In this document: piece by piece, positions 24,297 through 33,020 of the stretch | Layout of the letters: each line of letters starts with the position of its first letter | Position numbering within the stretch: position 1 is the first letter of the stretch | Source of the DNA: a virus | UHGV virus genome: UHGV-0140091 | Strand: one strand, 5' to 3' | DNA: 35,268 nucleotides | The notes under the pieces: model-generated | What the model was told of the DNA's origin: nothing | Databases searched by the model: none | Seen by the model: only the letters and a program-made list of their open reading frames with translations | Program-made: the position numbers and the translations under genes

Positions 24297-26663
24297 TTAA
24301 TCGTAAATTGTAGTCCCTTCTGGAACACACTTCACATCAAAGCCTAAAAACTTACTCACTTCGATAGGTGATACTTTATTCCAATCTAAGTGTGAAAGCA
24401 AGAAGTTTTCTTGTTTTCTTTTTGAAAGATAGTTTGTCAGCTTGATAACCATGCGGTCACCTGCTTTCTTAATCTTTTTGTACAGTTTTGTGTCATTATC
24501 AAGGCATGACTTCAAATCCTGAAGAACACTGATAGTGTAAGTGTATGCAAACGGTGCAGCCACATACTGAATCTTACCAAACATTGCCTCAACAGCATCT
24601 TCATTCCCTTCTAAGAAGATTGTCTTAATAGTATCCCTTGAATAACAATACCCGCGAGAAATCTTCCTGTTATTAAACGTAAAGTTTCTGGCAATAATCC
24701 AACTGCTTGTAAGGTCAAGGACACCATTCATATAGATACGCGTCATATATCTGTTATGGTTAATCCAGTGAACATCAGTTAAGCTGTCGTTCAAGAGTTT
24801 CTCATCTACTTCAATCCAATCTTCTGGTATCTTTTTCCAATTTGCTTTTCGGAAAACATAGACTGTCTTACCTGTAACATTAGCAACTGACTTAGCTACA
24901 TCTTCTGGAGATGAGCAAAAACATCTACCATCAACTGTATCACCAACTGCCTTAATGTAAAGCTGAGGCTCTTCAATTGTATCAAAGTCCTCTGAAACCT
25001 CTTTATAGGAAGCTACACCTTCTGCTGGAACAGCTTTCCAGAGTTTTACAACACCTCTTACAGCTTCTTTACGCTGATAATGGTGTTCCTTCTCAGACAT
25101 CTTCACAATCTTTAACAAGCTTTTATCAAGTTTGTGTAGATTGACTAAGTCATCTAGCTCTTTTTCAGTCGAGAATACAAATACAATACCATTGTATCTG
25201 TGAAACAGACTAGACTCACTGGCATAGTCTCGACATGCACCACGCAAGATTTGATTGCGTCCTACAGTCTTCTCAGTACCGTTTTTATTGCGACGGTCAT
25301 TTATAACAAACAAAAACTGTTCAATTTGGCTTTTACGCATTGCGCCAAAGATATTGAACATGCTTGCCTCTTGAGTGTAGGAAAGCGATGTTGCACGAAT
25401 CTTACTCTCTAAAGAGTTGAATTTGACATAAGCAACTGGGTCATAAAGATAATCTACTTTAGGGATATTGTTCCCGTTCCTATCAACCTTAATATTGCCT
25501 TTGCCGTCACGTTCATAAATGACTGAGCCGTCTTCTGCGTAGATAATTCCACGACGAATGTTTAGTAATTCTTCTTCCAGAGAATCAAGCTTAACACCTC
25601 CCCACTCTAGCTTTGGACACACAACATTAAACATCTCTCGTGAGTTTAAGCGTAACTCAGCATAAGCCTGTGCAGCATCCATGAGTGTAGGTTGACTATT
25701 AACTTTCTTGATAACATCCTTTGTAATTGCTTCAGTTATCTTTTTAGTAGCCTCGATGATAACATTTTTTGTCGTGTCATTCATCTGCAATGCTTCACGA
25801 GAAGCTGCAATAGCAACTGAACCAATAGGCATGTAGATGTTTACAAGGTCTATGCTCCTGCGGAAAAATTCTGGTAATACTTTGAAGAAATCATCACCAA
25901 GTAATGCCTCCATATTAACTGGGTAGGCAATATTACCCATAACCACGTTAAACTCTGTTCTATTGCTGCTTGAACGCCAGCTATGCTTATGAGTCATGGC
26001 ATCATAGACACCTTCTTCACGAGCAATCACATCCATATCTGCTAATATATCATTATACTCCACATTACTCTCTGGTTTTACAGCAAAGTATGAGTATACA
26101 TTACCAGCCTCTTCAAAGAACTTTGAAATACGGTGGTCAGCAACTGCCACACGTACAGCTAAACCATTAGGTTCTTTTGTTGGGTTAGTGGTCAGTTTAG
26201 TTACTTGAGGGATACCATTCTCAAGATAAACAGAGTACTTATTAACAACACCGTCAACATAGCTAGACACTGTGAATGACTGAGCAATTGCAAATGGTGA
26301 TTTTGAGCCGATACCCATTGCACCAATGTAGTCATTAGAGTCATTCTTCGTAGAAGCCCCATAGTTTAGGTACAAACTCATAACTTTATCATGAGTTAAT
26401 CCAGTTCCAAAATCACGAACTTCAAAGTAAGGCTCAAAACGAGTAGGCAAATGCACATGGAACGGGATGTTCTCTTTTCCAGCCTCTTTCTGAGCATCTA
26501 CTGCGTTACATGACAGTTCACGAATCACTGCCCTTTCTTTAAAGGTATATACACCAGAACTCAAAAGGCTGAACATTTCAGGTGTCATTGTAATCTGTGC
26601 TTGAGACGTCTCTAAAGAAGTTGAACTCTTAATCACTTCTGCGTGGTCGTTTACCATGCGCAT
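24297..26663 (-). CDS. rIIA: rIIA-like GHKL-family ATPase-domain protein
   Basis: 788 aa with N-terminal Bergerat-fold motifs ELSCNAVDA, DFGTGL and GAMGIGSKS; size and adjacency to a ~370-aa partner match the T4 rIIA/rIIB pair. Confidence 0.55.
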   Translation of the reverse strand: MRMVNDHAEVIKSSTSLETSQAQITMTPEMFSLLSSGVYTFKERAVIRELSCNAVDAQKEAGKENIPFHVHLPTRFEPYFEVRDFGTGLTHDKVMSLYLNYGASTKNDSNDYIGAMGIGSKSPFAIAQSFTVSSYVDGVVNKYSVYLENGIPQVTKLTTNPTKEPNGLAVRVAVADHRISKFFEEAGNVYSYFAVKPESNVEYNDILADMDVIAREEGVYDAMTHKHSWRSSSNRTEFNVVMGNIAYPVNMEALLGDDFFKVLPEFFRRSIDLVNIYMPIGSVAIAASREALQMNDTTKNVIIEATKKITEAITKDVIKKVNSQPTLMDAAQAYAELRLNSREMFNVVCPKLEWGGVKLDSLEEELLNIRRGIIYAEDGSVIYERDGKGNIKVDRNGNNIPKVDYLYDPVAYVKFNSLESKIRATSLSYTQEASMFNIFGAMRKSQIEQFLFVINDRRNKNGTEKTVGRNQILRGACRDYASESSLFHRYNGIVFVFSTEKELDDLVNLHKLDKSLLKIVKMSEKEHHYQRKEAVRGVVKLWKAVPAEGVASYKEVSEDFDTIEEPQLYIKAVGDTVDGRCFCSSPEDVAKSVANVTGKTVYVFRKANWKKIPEDWIEVDEKLLNDSLTDVHWINHNRYMTRIYMNGVLDLTSSWIIARNFTFNNRKISRGYCYSRDTIKTIFLEGNEDAVEAMFGKIQYVAAPFAYTYTISVLQDLKSCLDNDTKLYKKIKKAGDRMVIKLTNYLSKRKQENFLLSHLDWNKVSPIEVSKFLGFDVKCVPEGTTIYD

Positions 26664-26690
26664 AATACTTTCCTCTTAGTTTACTGTTAA

Positions 26691-26868
26691 ATTACTTGTT
26701 AAACATTTTACCAGAACCACCACACATAGGGCAACAACCTGCTCTTGTATAACCTTCCCCATTACAGTAGTCACATTTTTTGTGCTCTGCATAGTACTTA
26801 CAAAGAAGGTAAACAAACACTGCTACGCCACCAAGTGACAGTAAAATTTCTATCCAATATGCTTGCAT
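26691..26868 (-). CDS. small membrane-anchored DnaJ-type zinc-finger protein (below the ORF-track cutoff)
   Basis: My own translation: MQAYWIEILLSLGGVAVFVYLLCKYYAEHKKCDYCNGEGYTRAGCCPMCGGSGKMFNK (58 aa), with GAGAGGTGA ribosome-binding site, a transmembrane helix and two CxxCxGxG repeats. Confidence 0.45.
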
Positions 26869-27185
26869 GACTCACCTCTCATATTCTTGTAAAGGATAAA
26901 GCTTCTGTCATGGACGATACTTGTAGATACTGCAAAGTTACTTTCAAGCATCTGTTTATTTGGATTGTAGAAGCTTTCTTTAAACTCGTCAAGTGCAAAT
27001 TGGTGATTGTCTGGAAGACCTTTTACACAGACCTTTATTGTGATTGCTGCTGCAATCTTACCAGTCAGTTCTTCTTTAGCTGCTACTAAAATTTTGTTAA
27101 GGAACTTATGACCATTTTCAGGTTTCTTGATGTTCTCCCAACGTTCCTCTAAGACGATGTTGATGTTCATCTCTTTGATTTTCAT
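26850..27185 (-). CDS. hypothetical protein
   Basis: 111-aa ORF downstream of the NAMPT-like gene and its terminator. Confidence 0.55.
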   Translation of the reverse strand: MKIKEMNINIVLEERWENIKKPENGHKFLNKILVAAKEELTGKIAAAITIKVCVKGLPDNHQFALDEFKESFYNPNKQMLESNFAVSTSIVHDRSFILYKNMRGESCKHIG

Positions 27186-27201
27186 AATCTTCTCCAGAAA
27201 T

Positions 27202-27224
27202 TAAAAAGGCTCCCGTAGGAGCCT
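27202..27224 (-). terminator. rho-independent terminator after the NAMPT-like gene
   Basis: Minus-strand GGCTCC-TACG-GGAGCC hairpin followed by TTTTTAATTT. Confidence 0.65.
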
Positions 27225-27238
27225 CTTATCATATACTT

Positions 27239-29020
27239 TTAAAGCTGCTTGTCAATATTATTTCGAATATCACCAAGAGTTGTGTAGCCGAACTGCTCAG
27301 AGTCACTAAAGACTAGACGTAAAGCACAAGCTGGATGTTCAAGTGCATCTGCAAAGCTCTGGAACCCATAGCCATCTACAGCTTTCAGGTTTTCACCATC
27401 CCACATAGGTGCTACACCACCAAAAGCAGACTTCTTAACACCACTATCTGTTTTAGGGTCTTTTGCAAGCATAATCTCTTTACCACCAATGCTTGCAAGG
27501 GTTGCTTTGACAGCAAATGCAAAGGTGTCACGAGTCATGTACTGGTAAGTGTAAGAACCTACACCAAACACTACGTTAGAGCTTGCAAAACCCATTTCAT
27601 ACAAACGCTTCAGTATTTCATTTGCACGTTCCAACGTGATAGAGTCGCCATAAATAAGTCCAATATGCTCATCCAGTACTTTAAAGCCTTTAGAGTTAAT
27701 AGTTCCCCCAAAGATGTTGTACAGTGTCTTAATAGCTCCATCAATCTCAGCTACAGGACGTGTTACAACGTTTGCAGAACCAACCATATAAGCATTTTTC
27801 AACATCACTGTATCAGCAACTTCAAAGTCTTCTCTGTCAACAACCATCTCGTAGCCTTCTGACAGTAGCCATCCAGCAATACCATAGTTGATGTTCTCAA
27901 GCTTCATGTTCAGAACAGCATTCAACATTGTGTCACTGGCTTCCAGCTTGCTTAGGTGCTCGTAATAAGCCTTCTTAGCACATTCTAAGTGGATTGCTTT
28001 ATAACCTGTGACAATATGTACAGGGTCTCCAGAGTCAGGGCGAATTACCAGTTTGCCATCACGTTCCATAATTTCTTTACGAAGTGCTGGTAAGATTTCT
28101 GACACAGTTCTCCAGAAGTTATAAGTATCTGAAACAATGCTTGCAATACCTGTTGGGTAAGTTTCTGTTAAGAAACGACGGAAGGTTTGTAACTCACCTT
28201 TAAAGCGTCTTTCTTCTTCAATCAACTCATTACCACCTTCCCAAGCAATGTTTGCACACATTACAGAGTGCTCAGTGGCTGGTACAGAACTACCAATATC
28301 AGAGATTGGGTAGGACTGTCCATAGATTCGTTTAGCCGTGTATACAGCAGGGAAGCTATCAGTCCCTTTAAAGCTGGTTAAGTGACCTACAGCGTTAAAT
28401 GCGTCATCAGTAAAGCCGGACATACCACGCATAGCAAAATCATGGCACTGATAAGGTAAATGTAAGTCATTGTCACAAGTAAGGTCAGCCCACTTCTTAC
28501 AGATGCGTTTGTAATGCAATGCAATAGTTGCAATGGTGCAAGCCTTCCAAATTTCAGCAGAGAAAGCATCTTCCAGATAACCTGCTACCCAATGAAAACC
28601 TGAAACAGTGTTCTGAAAGACAATCATCGGGACACGCATTGGAACAACTGTGCCTTCTTCTACAGCGTATACTTCAACTGGTAGATAACCTAAGTCGTGA
28701 AGTGCTTCCCAATGCTCTCGACCGATAGCATCTTTACCCAGAACACCATTCATGACTTCTAAGATTTCATCAATGGCTTCTTTTTTATCACGTTCAAAGA
28801 AAGTGGCATTCCAGTGGTCTATCAAGTAATCTTTAACAAAACGTTGAATACCAAAAGCCACTACACCGTCAATTGCTAAGGGGCTGTTAAACCATTTGTC
28901 GCTACGTGGTGTCAGATTGAACATCAAGTACTCTGTTGCGCTAGGATACTGGTAAACATGACCAGATTTGTAAGCATCTGCATTTAAACCTGCTGGTACT
29001 GCATAAAGTGATTTAGTCAT
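27239..29020 (-). CDS. nicotinamide phosphoribosyltransferase-family protein (NadV/NAMPT-like; possibly a Namat-type enzyme)
   Basis: 593 aa with NAMPT-like motifs NADAYKSGH...YQYP, HDFAMRG, VPATEHS and IRPDSGDP; longer than typical NAMPT. Confidence 0.8.
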   Translation of the reverse strand: MTKSLYAVPAGLNADAYKSGHVYQYPSATEYLMFNLTPRSDKWFNSPLAIDGVVAFGIQRFVKDYLIDHWNATFFERDKKEAIDEILEVMNGVLGKDAIGREHWEALHDLGYLPVEVYAVEEGTVVPMRVPMIVFQNTVSGFHWVAGYLEDAFSAEIWKACTIATIALHYKRICKKWADLTCDNDLHLPYQCHDFAMRGMSGFTDDAFNAVGHLTSFKGTDSFPAVYTAKRIYGQSYPISDIGSSVPATEHSVMCANIAWEGGNELIEEERRFKGELQTFRRFLTETYPTGIASIVSDTYNFWRTVSEILPALRKEIMERDGKLVIRPDSGDPVHIVTGYKAIHLECAKKAYYEHLSKLEASDTMLNAVLNMKLENINYGIAGWLLSEGYEMVVDREDFEVADTVMLKNAYMVGSANVVTRPVAEIDGAIKTLYNIFGGTINSKGFKVLDEHIGLIYGDSITLERANEILKRLYEMGFASSNVVFGVGSYTYQYMTRDTFAFAVKATLASIGGKEIMLAKDPKTDSGVKKSAFGGVAPMWDGENLKAVDGYGFQSFADALEHPACALRLVFSDSEQFGYTTLGDIRNNIDKQL

Positions 29021-29065
29021 CTTTTAATCTCTCTCAAAATGGGGCTTGGAAGCCCCTATAAAGTT

Positions 29066-29962
29066 TTAATCAAGGTTTGCTACAGTAACTTGGCTATAAT
29101 GTGTTAAGCCACGGTCTTTAGCTTCCCCTAAAGAGTTTGTAGTGTAGATATGGTCAATACCATTGTCAAGCAAGTTTTCAACATCTTTAGAGAAAATACC
29201 ATGAGTTACATAGAGTTCCACACGTTTTGCACCTGCTTCACGAAGATGTTTGGCTGCTTCTATGAAGGTTCGACCTCCATCACAAATATCATCCAGAATC
29301 ATGACAGTTTTATCTGTCAAATCAACATCGTCAAGGATTCGCATACCAGTAATTTCACCAGTCTTAAGGTTACGCACCTTAGACATTGTGATGTATGGTT
29401 TATCCACCTCTTTAGCAGTCTCTGCAATCTTCTTAGCAGCACCTGCATCTGGGGCTACTAAGTAATCAATCAGTGGGTCATTTGCGTAGTGAACTGCAAT
29501 CTCCTTTTGAGGAATACTCTGGAAGCAGTTAAACAGGTTATCTGGAACGTAACTGTGAGGGTCAACTGCACAGACTGCACCAAATCCCATTGCATTTACC
29601 TGTTTAGCAAAAACCTTTAAAGCTGCTGCGTCGCCTTTAAACATGTGACGGTCATAACGTGCATTTGGTAAGTAGTAAAAGATGACAGTCTTTAAAGCAT
29701 AATCATGAGGAATTAAATCATCAATTGCTTCTTTAGCAAGTGCCACAGCAAACAATGTATCCTTATCATAACCTTTTACAATCATAATCACATTGTTGAT
29801 GGATGATGCTGCATAAGCAGTGAAATCAACAAACTCTGGAGAAAAGTGTCCACCAATCTCACCAGAAGGAAATTGGATGATGTTAAACTCTTCTTCATGA
29901 GTTCCTTTAGTTGGCGAATGAACTGTAACACGGATAGATGTTTTCATAGTTTTCTCTCTCAA
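29066..29962 (-). CDS. ribose-phosphate pyrophosphokinase-family protein (Prs-like; possibly an Adps-type enzyme)
   Basis: 298 aa with VIFYYLPNARYDRH (cf. Prs IPYFGYARQDRR) and PRPP-binding loop VMILDDICDGGRTF...GAKRV...THGIFS. True start may be the second ATG (MKTSIRV). Confidence 0.8.
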   Translation of the reverse strand: MREKTMKTSIRVTVHSPTKGTHEEEFNIIQFPSGEIGGHFSPEFVDFTAYAASSINNVIMIVKGYDKDTLFAVALAKEAIDDLIPHDYALKTVIFYYLPNARYDRHMFKGDAAALKVFAKQVNAMGFGAVCAVDPHSYVPDNLFNCFQSIPQKEIAVHYANDPLIDYLVAPDAGAAKKIAETAKEVDKPYITMSKVRNLKTGEITGMRILDDVDLTDKTVMILDDICDGGRTFIEAAKHLREAGAKRVELYVTHGIFSKDVENLLDNGIDHIYTTNSLGEAKDRGLTHYSQVTVANLD

Positions 29963-30237
29963 TCAAAAGTTACGTTTGTTACTGCCATTGCAGATTTGCA
30001 TTTTGCAGGGTCTACAACGTGATAAAGTACACTACAGTTACCTGTGCTGTCTGGTACAGGTTTAACCCATTGTTGCTTGACAGTTGGTTCGCCTAAGTCT
30101 TTGTAAGAACCATCTGTAAAGTTGTTTACCATCTCAAGTGCAATTGGCTCTGGAACATGACCACGTATCATGTACATTTCACAACCATTACCTCCTTCAC
30201 TGACTAATGGTAAAATCTCCCACTTTTCTTTAGCCAT
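29959..30237 (-). CDS. hypothetical protein
   Basis: 92-aa ORF, start overlaps the upstream stop. Confidence 0.55.
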   Translation of the reverse strand: MAKEKWEILPLVSEGGNGCEMYMIRGHVPEPIALEMVNNFTDGSYKDLGEPTVKQQWVKPVPDSTGNCSVLYHVVDPAKCKSAMAVTNVTFD

Positions 30238-30745
30238 TATAAGTTGCCCTATAAACTGTCTCGAACTTCAACAGGAGAGATATTGCCAAATCTGTATAGT
30301 TGTTGTCAAGCACATCTGGCATATTATTTTTGATATATTTCTCTTGCTCTTCATAGGTCATCTTAGGGATACTTAGGAGGCTATCTCCTTGCTTCTGGTT
30401 ATCAGTTTTAGTTTGGATAAACCAGTTTGCACAGTGATGTTCACCACCTTTTGTAACAGGTTTGTGATGACCTAATGTAAATGTTTGCTTACCCGTATAC
30501 CTGCAAAGATTGTTCAGTGTTGCAATGGTGTTCTTCACAACACACCATTCATACAGGTTATCTATTGTGTAGTGTGGGTAATAACGGACAAGTGCTCTTT
30601 CACGGAAGTTATCACGATTCCAAAGAACCATGTGATTAGAATTTGAAGGGTCATATTTGTGGGAGTCTATAAACTCTTGACGCTCATCAAAGCTGAGTCT
30701 TAGAACTGACATTGCAACCGAACGTTTCAGGTTTGACAGATACAT
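30230..30745 (-). CDS. putative HNH-type nuclease
   Basis: 171 aa with GHHKPVTKGGEHHCANW (HH...P...GG...N pattern). Confidence 0.4.
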   Translation of the reverse strand: MYLSNLKRSVAMSVLRLSFDERQEFIDSHKYDPSNSNHMVLWNRDNFRERALVRYYPHYTIDNLYEWCVVKNTIATLNNLCRYTGKQTFTLGHHKPVTKGGEHHCANWFIQTKTDNQKQGDSLLSIPKMTYEEQEKYIKNNMPDVLDNNYTDLAISLLLKFETVYRATYNG

Positions 30746-30796
30746 TTTACCTCCAAAATAAAAAGGGAACCTTTACAGTCCCCTTATAGTATCTGT

Positions 30797-31117
30797 TTAC
30801 TGAGCTACTTTCAAGATGCTTGTGAATGAAATATCACTCTCATCCATAAACTCTTTTGCTTCTCCAGTAACTTTCACAAAGTTATCTAGGCAGATAATCT
30901 TCTTATCTTTCTTGCTGTAGGTTAGCTTAACCTTTTCAATATCTTTCTTAGAGCTTTTCTCTTCATTAAAGAGTTTTACAGCTTCTTTGAATGGGAGGTA
31001 TGAGCCATCATCATCGCTAATAAAACCTGTACCACAATAGTAGAAGTTGTATTCTTTAGCCATAAACTGGCACAGTACGAAAATCTGTAATTTACGAGTG
31101 TTATAAACTTTGCTCAT
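30797..31117 (-). CDS. hypothetical protein
   Basis: 106-aa ORF. Confidence 0.55.
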   Translation of the reverse strand: MSKVYNTRKLQIFVLCQFMAKEYNFYYCGTGFISDDDGSYLPFKEAVKLFNEEKSSKKDIEKVKLTYSKKDKKIICLDNFVKVTGEAKEFMDESDISFTSILKVAQ

Positions 31118-31119
31118 GG

Positions 31120-31386
31120 TTATTTAACCTTCTTGTTACGTTTACGGTTACGAGCTTTCTTAGCTGCTCGTTTAATAGCTGCTGCACCAGATTGGCGGTG
31201 GGCTTGTTTCTTACCACCTTTACCACGTCCTACGTAGATGTAAGGCTGCTGTTCAATTTGGCTTGCAAGAACCTGTGCAACCGCTGAAGCATCTACACCG
31301 ACCTGCTTTCCAGTCATAGAAACAATTGCTGCTGCTTTTTCCAGTGCCTTCAAGAATCCAGCTTTCATATTACCTAAAATTCCCAT
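31120..31386 (-). CDS. hypothetical protein with highly basic C-terminus
   Basis: 88-aa ORF ending in a KR-rich tail. Confidence 0.55.
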   Translation of the reverse strand: MGILGNMKAGFLKALEKAAAIVSMTGKQVGVDASAVAQVLASQIEQQPYIYVGRGKGGKKQAHRQSGAAAIKRAAKKARNRKRNKKVK

Positions 31387-31482
31387 TTTTAGTCTCTCTC
31401 ATTAAAGTTTAATACAGAACTTATGAAGTTCTTCTTCAGTGATACCAATTGGAGTTATACCTTAGTCCATTTGCCAGAATAA

Positions 31483-31968
31483 TCACTCTGCTCTCCACTG
31501 ACAATCACCTTGCCATCCGTACTCTTTTCTCCAGAGGTTTTGGTTATCTGAACCACGATACGGTTTAACTGTTGGTTTAGATGAATCATACTTACCATCA
31601 ATCACCACGTCAACATATTTCATCACATCAAGGTGAATTTTTTCATGTAACTGAAAACCTGTCCAGAGCCAGATAGATTTTTCTGGGTAAACGGTTTTAA
31701 TACGTTTGCATATGTTGGTAACCTCTTGAATGTTTCTATCATCCAGAGGTTCTCCACCAAGTATTGACAGCCCACTGATGGCATTATCATCCATTAACTT
31801 AATGATGCCATAAAGGTTTGCATAAGTGAACTCTTTACCAGCATTAAACTTCCAAGATTCCTTATTAAAGCAACCTTCACAGTGATGCTTACAACCAGCT
31901 ACGAAGAGGCTTACACGAACCCCTTCACCATTAGCTGTGTCAAATGGTCGAATCTCCATGTAATTCAT
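31483..31968 (-). CDS. nrdG: anaerobic ribonucleotide reductase activating protein (radical SAM)
   Basis: 161 aa with CKHHCEGC (CxxxCxxC) radical-SAM cluster motif; lies near nrdD. Confidence 0.8.
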   Translation of the reverse strand: MNYMEIRPFDTANGEGVRVSLFVAGCKHHCEGCFNKESWKFNAGKEFTYANLYGIIKLMDDNAISGLSILGGEPLDDRNIQEVTNICKRIKTVYPEKSIWLWTGFQLHEKIHLDVMKYVDVVIDGKYDSSKPTVKPYRGSDNQNLWRKEYGWQGDCQWRAE

Positions 31969-31977
31969 CTAGTTACC

Positions 31978-32277
31978 TCACCAATACATATAAGTGTTCT
32001 TAGCGGCTTTCTTTGGAGACTTGCTATCAATATCAAAATCTTCATCTAAGAAGGATGTCTTAGAAAGCTGCCTTATTTGTGTTCTTGTAAGACGTTTAGT
32101 GGCCTTCTTAATCTCTCTACAAGGCTGGCTTGTGAAGTCGTAAGAGCCACCTTTTCTGGACATCATATCAGAATGGAAGTAGACATCTGAAGCATTTTCT
32201 CTGTTACGTACCTCATTTCTCCACTCATAGAGTCCATGAACGTTCTTTAAACCTTTTCTTCGAATTGTTTTACTCAT
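31978..32277 (-). CDS. hypothetical protein
   Basis: 99-aa ORF. Confidence 0.5.
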   Translation of the reverse strand: MSKTIRRKGLKNVHGLYEWRNEVRNRENASDVYFHSDMMSRKGGSYDFTSQPCREIKKATKRLTRTQIRQLSKTSFLDEDFDIDSKSPKKAAKNTYMYW

Positions 32278-32669
32278 TCAAACACCACCTGACAAGGAAC
32301 CTGTTTAGTAATAAATTCTTCGCAGTGTTCTTTAATGAAGTTTTGTAATGGCACACAATCTTGTGCACAAGTCATTAGTATAATGTACTCTGGATTCATA
32401 ATGTTTTCAAGAGTGTAGAAGACAACATCGTTAGATAATTCATGACCGTCTTCTTCAGACCAAGTTCCAGAGACTACAGCTAATTTGTCAAGCAATTCAT
32501 TAGGTAACGCTACACCATCTTCTACGGAATCACTTAGAACGTTGTCGCTGAGGTATAATGTGAAGGTCGTATGGAATGTTGAATATCTTACGTGATTCTT
32601 TTCGCAAGAGCCACACTCTGAGGCATAATCTTTAATCCACTCTAACTGTTTTTTGTTCAACTTAATCAT
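32274..32669 (-). CDS. hypothetical cysteine-containing protein
   Basis: 131-aa ORF with overlapping start/stop. Confidence 0.55.
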   Translation of the reverse strand: MIKLNKKQLEWIKDYASECGSCEKNHVRYSTFHTTFTLYLSDNVLSDSVEDGVALPNELLDKLAVVSGTWSEEDGHELSNDVVFYTLENIMNPEYIILMTCAQDCVPLQNFIKEHCEEFITKQVPCQVVFE

Positions 32670-32866
32670 AATTTCACCTTAGTTGGTAATGCACTGAATG
32701 CTATGACTAACCCTAAAAATGGTTTGAAGCATGACCATAAATCCATCTGACCCTGATATGCGAAACTCCATTGTGGGTCTGAAAAACCCCATACCATAAC
32801 ACTAACCCCAAAGAAGAAGATTAGAATGTGGAGAATGTATATCAACGCTTTTGATATTTTAAACAT
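32666..32866 (-). CDS. small hydrophobic membrane protein
   Basis: 66 aa, predicted two transmembrane segments. Confidence 0.5.
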   Translation of the reverse strand: MFKISKALIYILHILIFFFGVSVMVWGFSDPQWSFAYQGQMDLWSCFKPFLGLVIAFSALPTKVKL

Positions 32867-33020
32867 TTTAACTTGCCTCTTAATTCACAATAAGAGAGTC
32901 CTAAAAAGAACCCTAGTAAGATAGAACCTATGAACAACCCAATAATACTCTCTGCCATATCTAACATCCAATAAAAAAGGTGATGTAAGCCTATCAAGAC
33001 TCACACCACCATGTCAAGTT

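Noticed and set aside
23130-29465. Antisense ORFs inside the rIIB-like, rIIA-like, NAMPT-like and Prs-like genes (e.g. 23130-23333, 25200-25412, 27335-27862, 29150-29461)
   Set aside because: All overlap long genes with recognisable motifs on the opposite strand; no independent signals.
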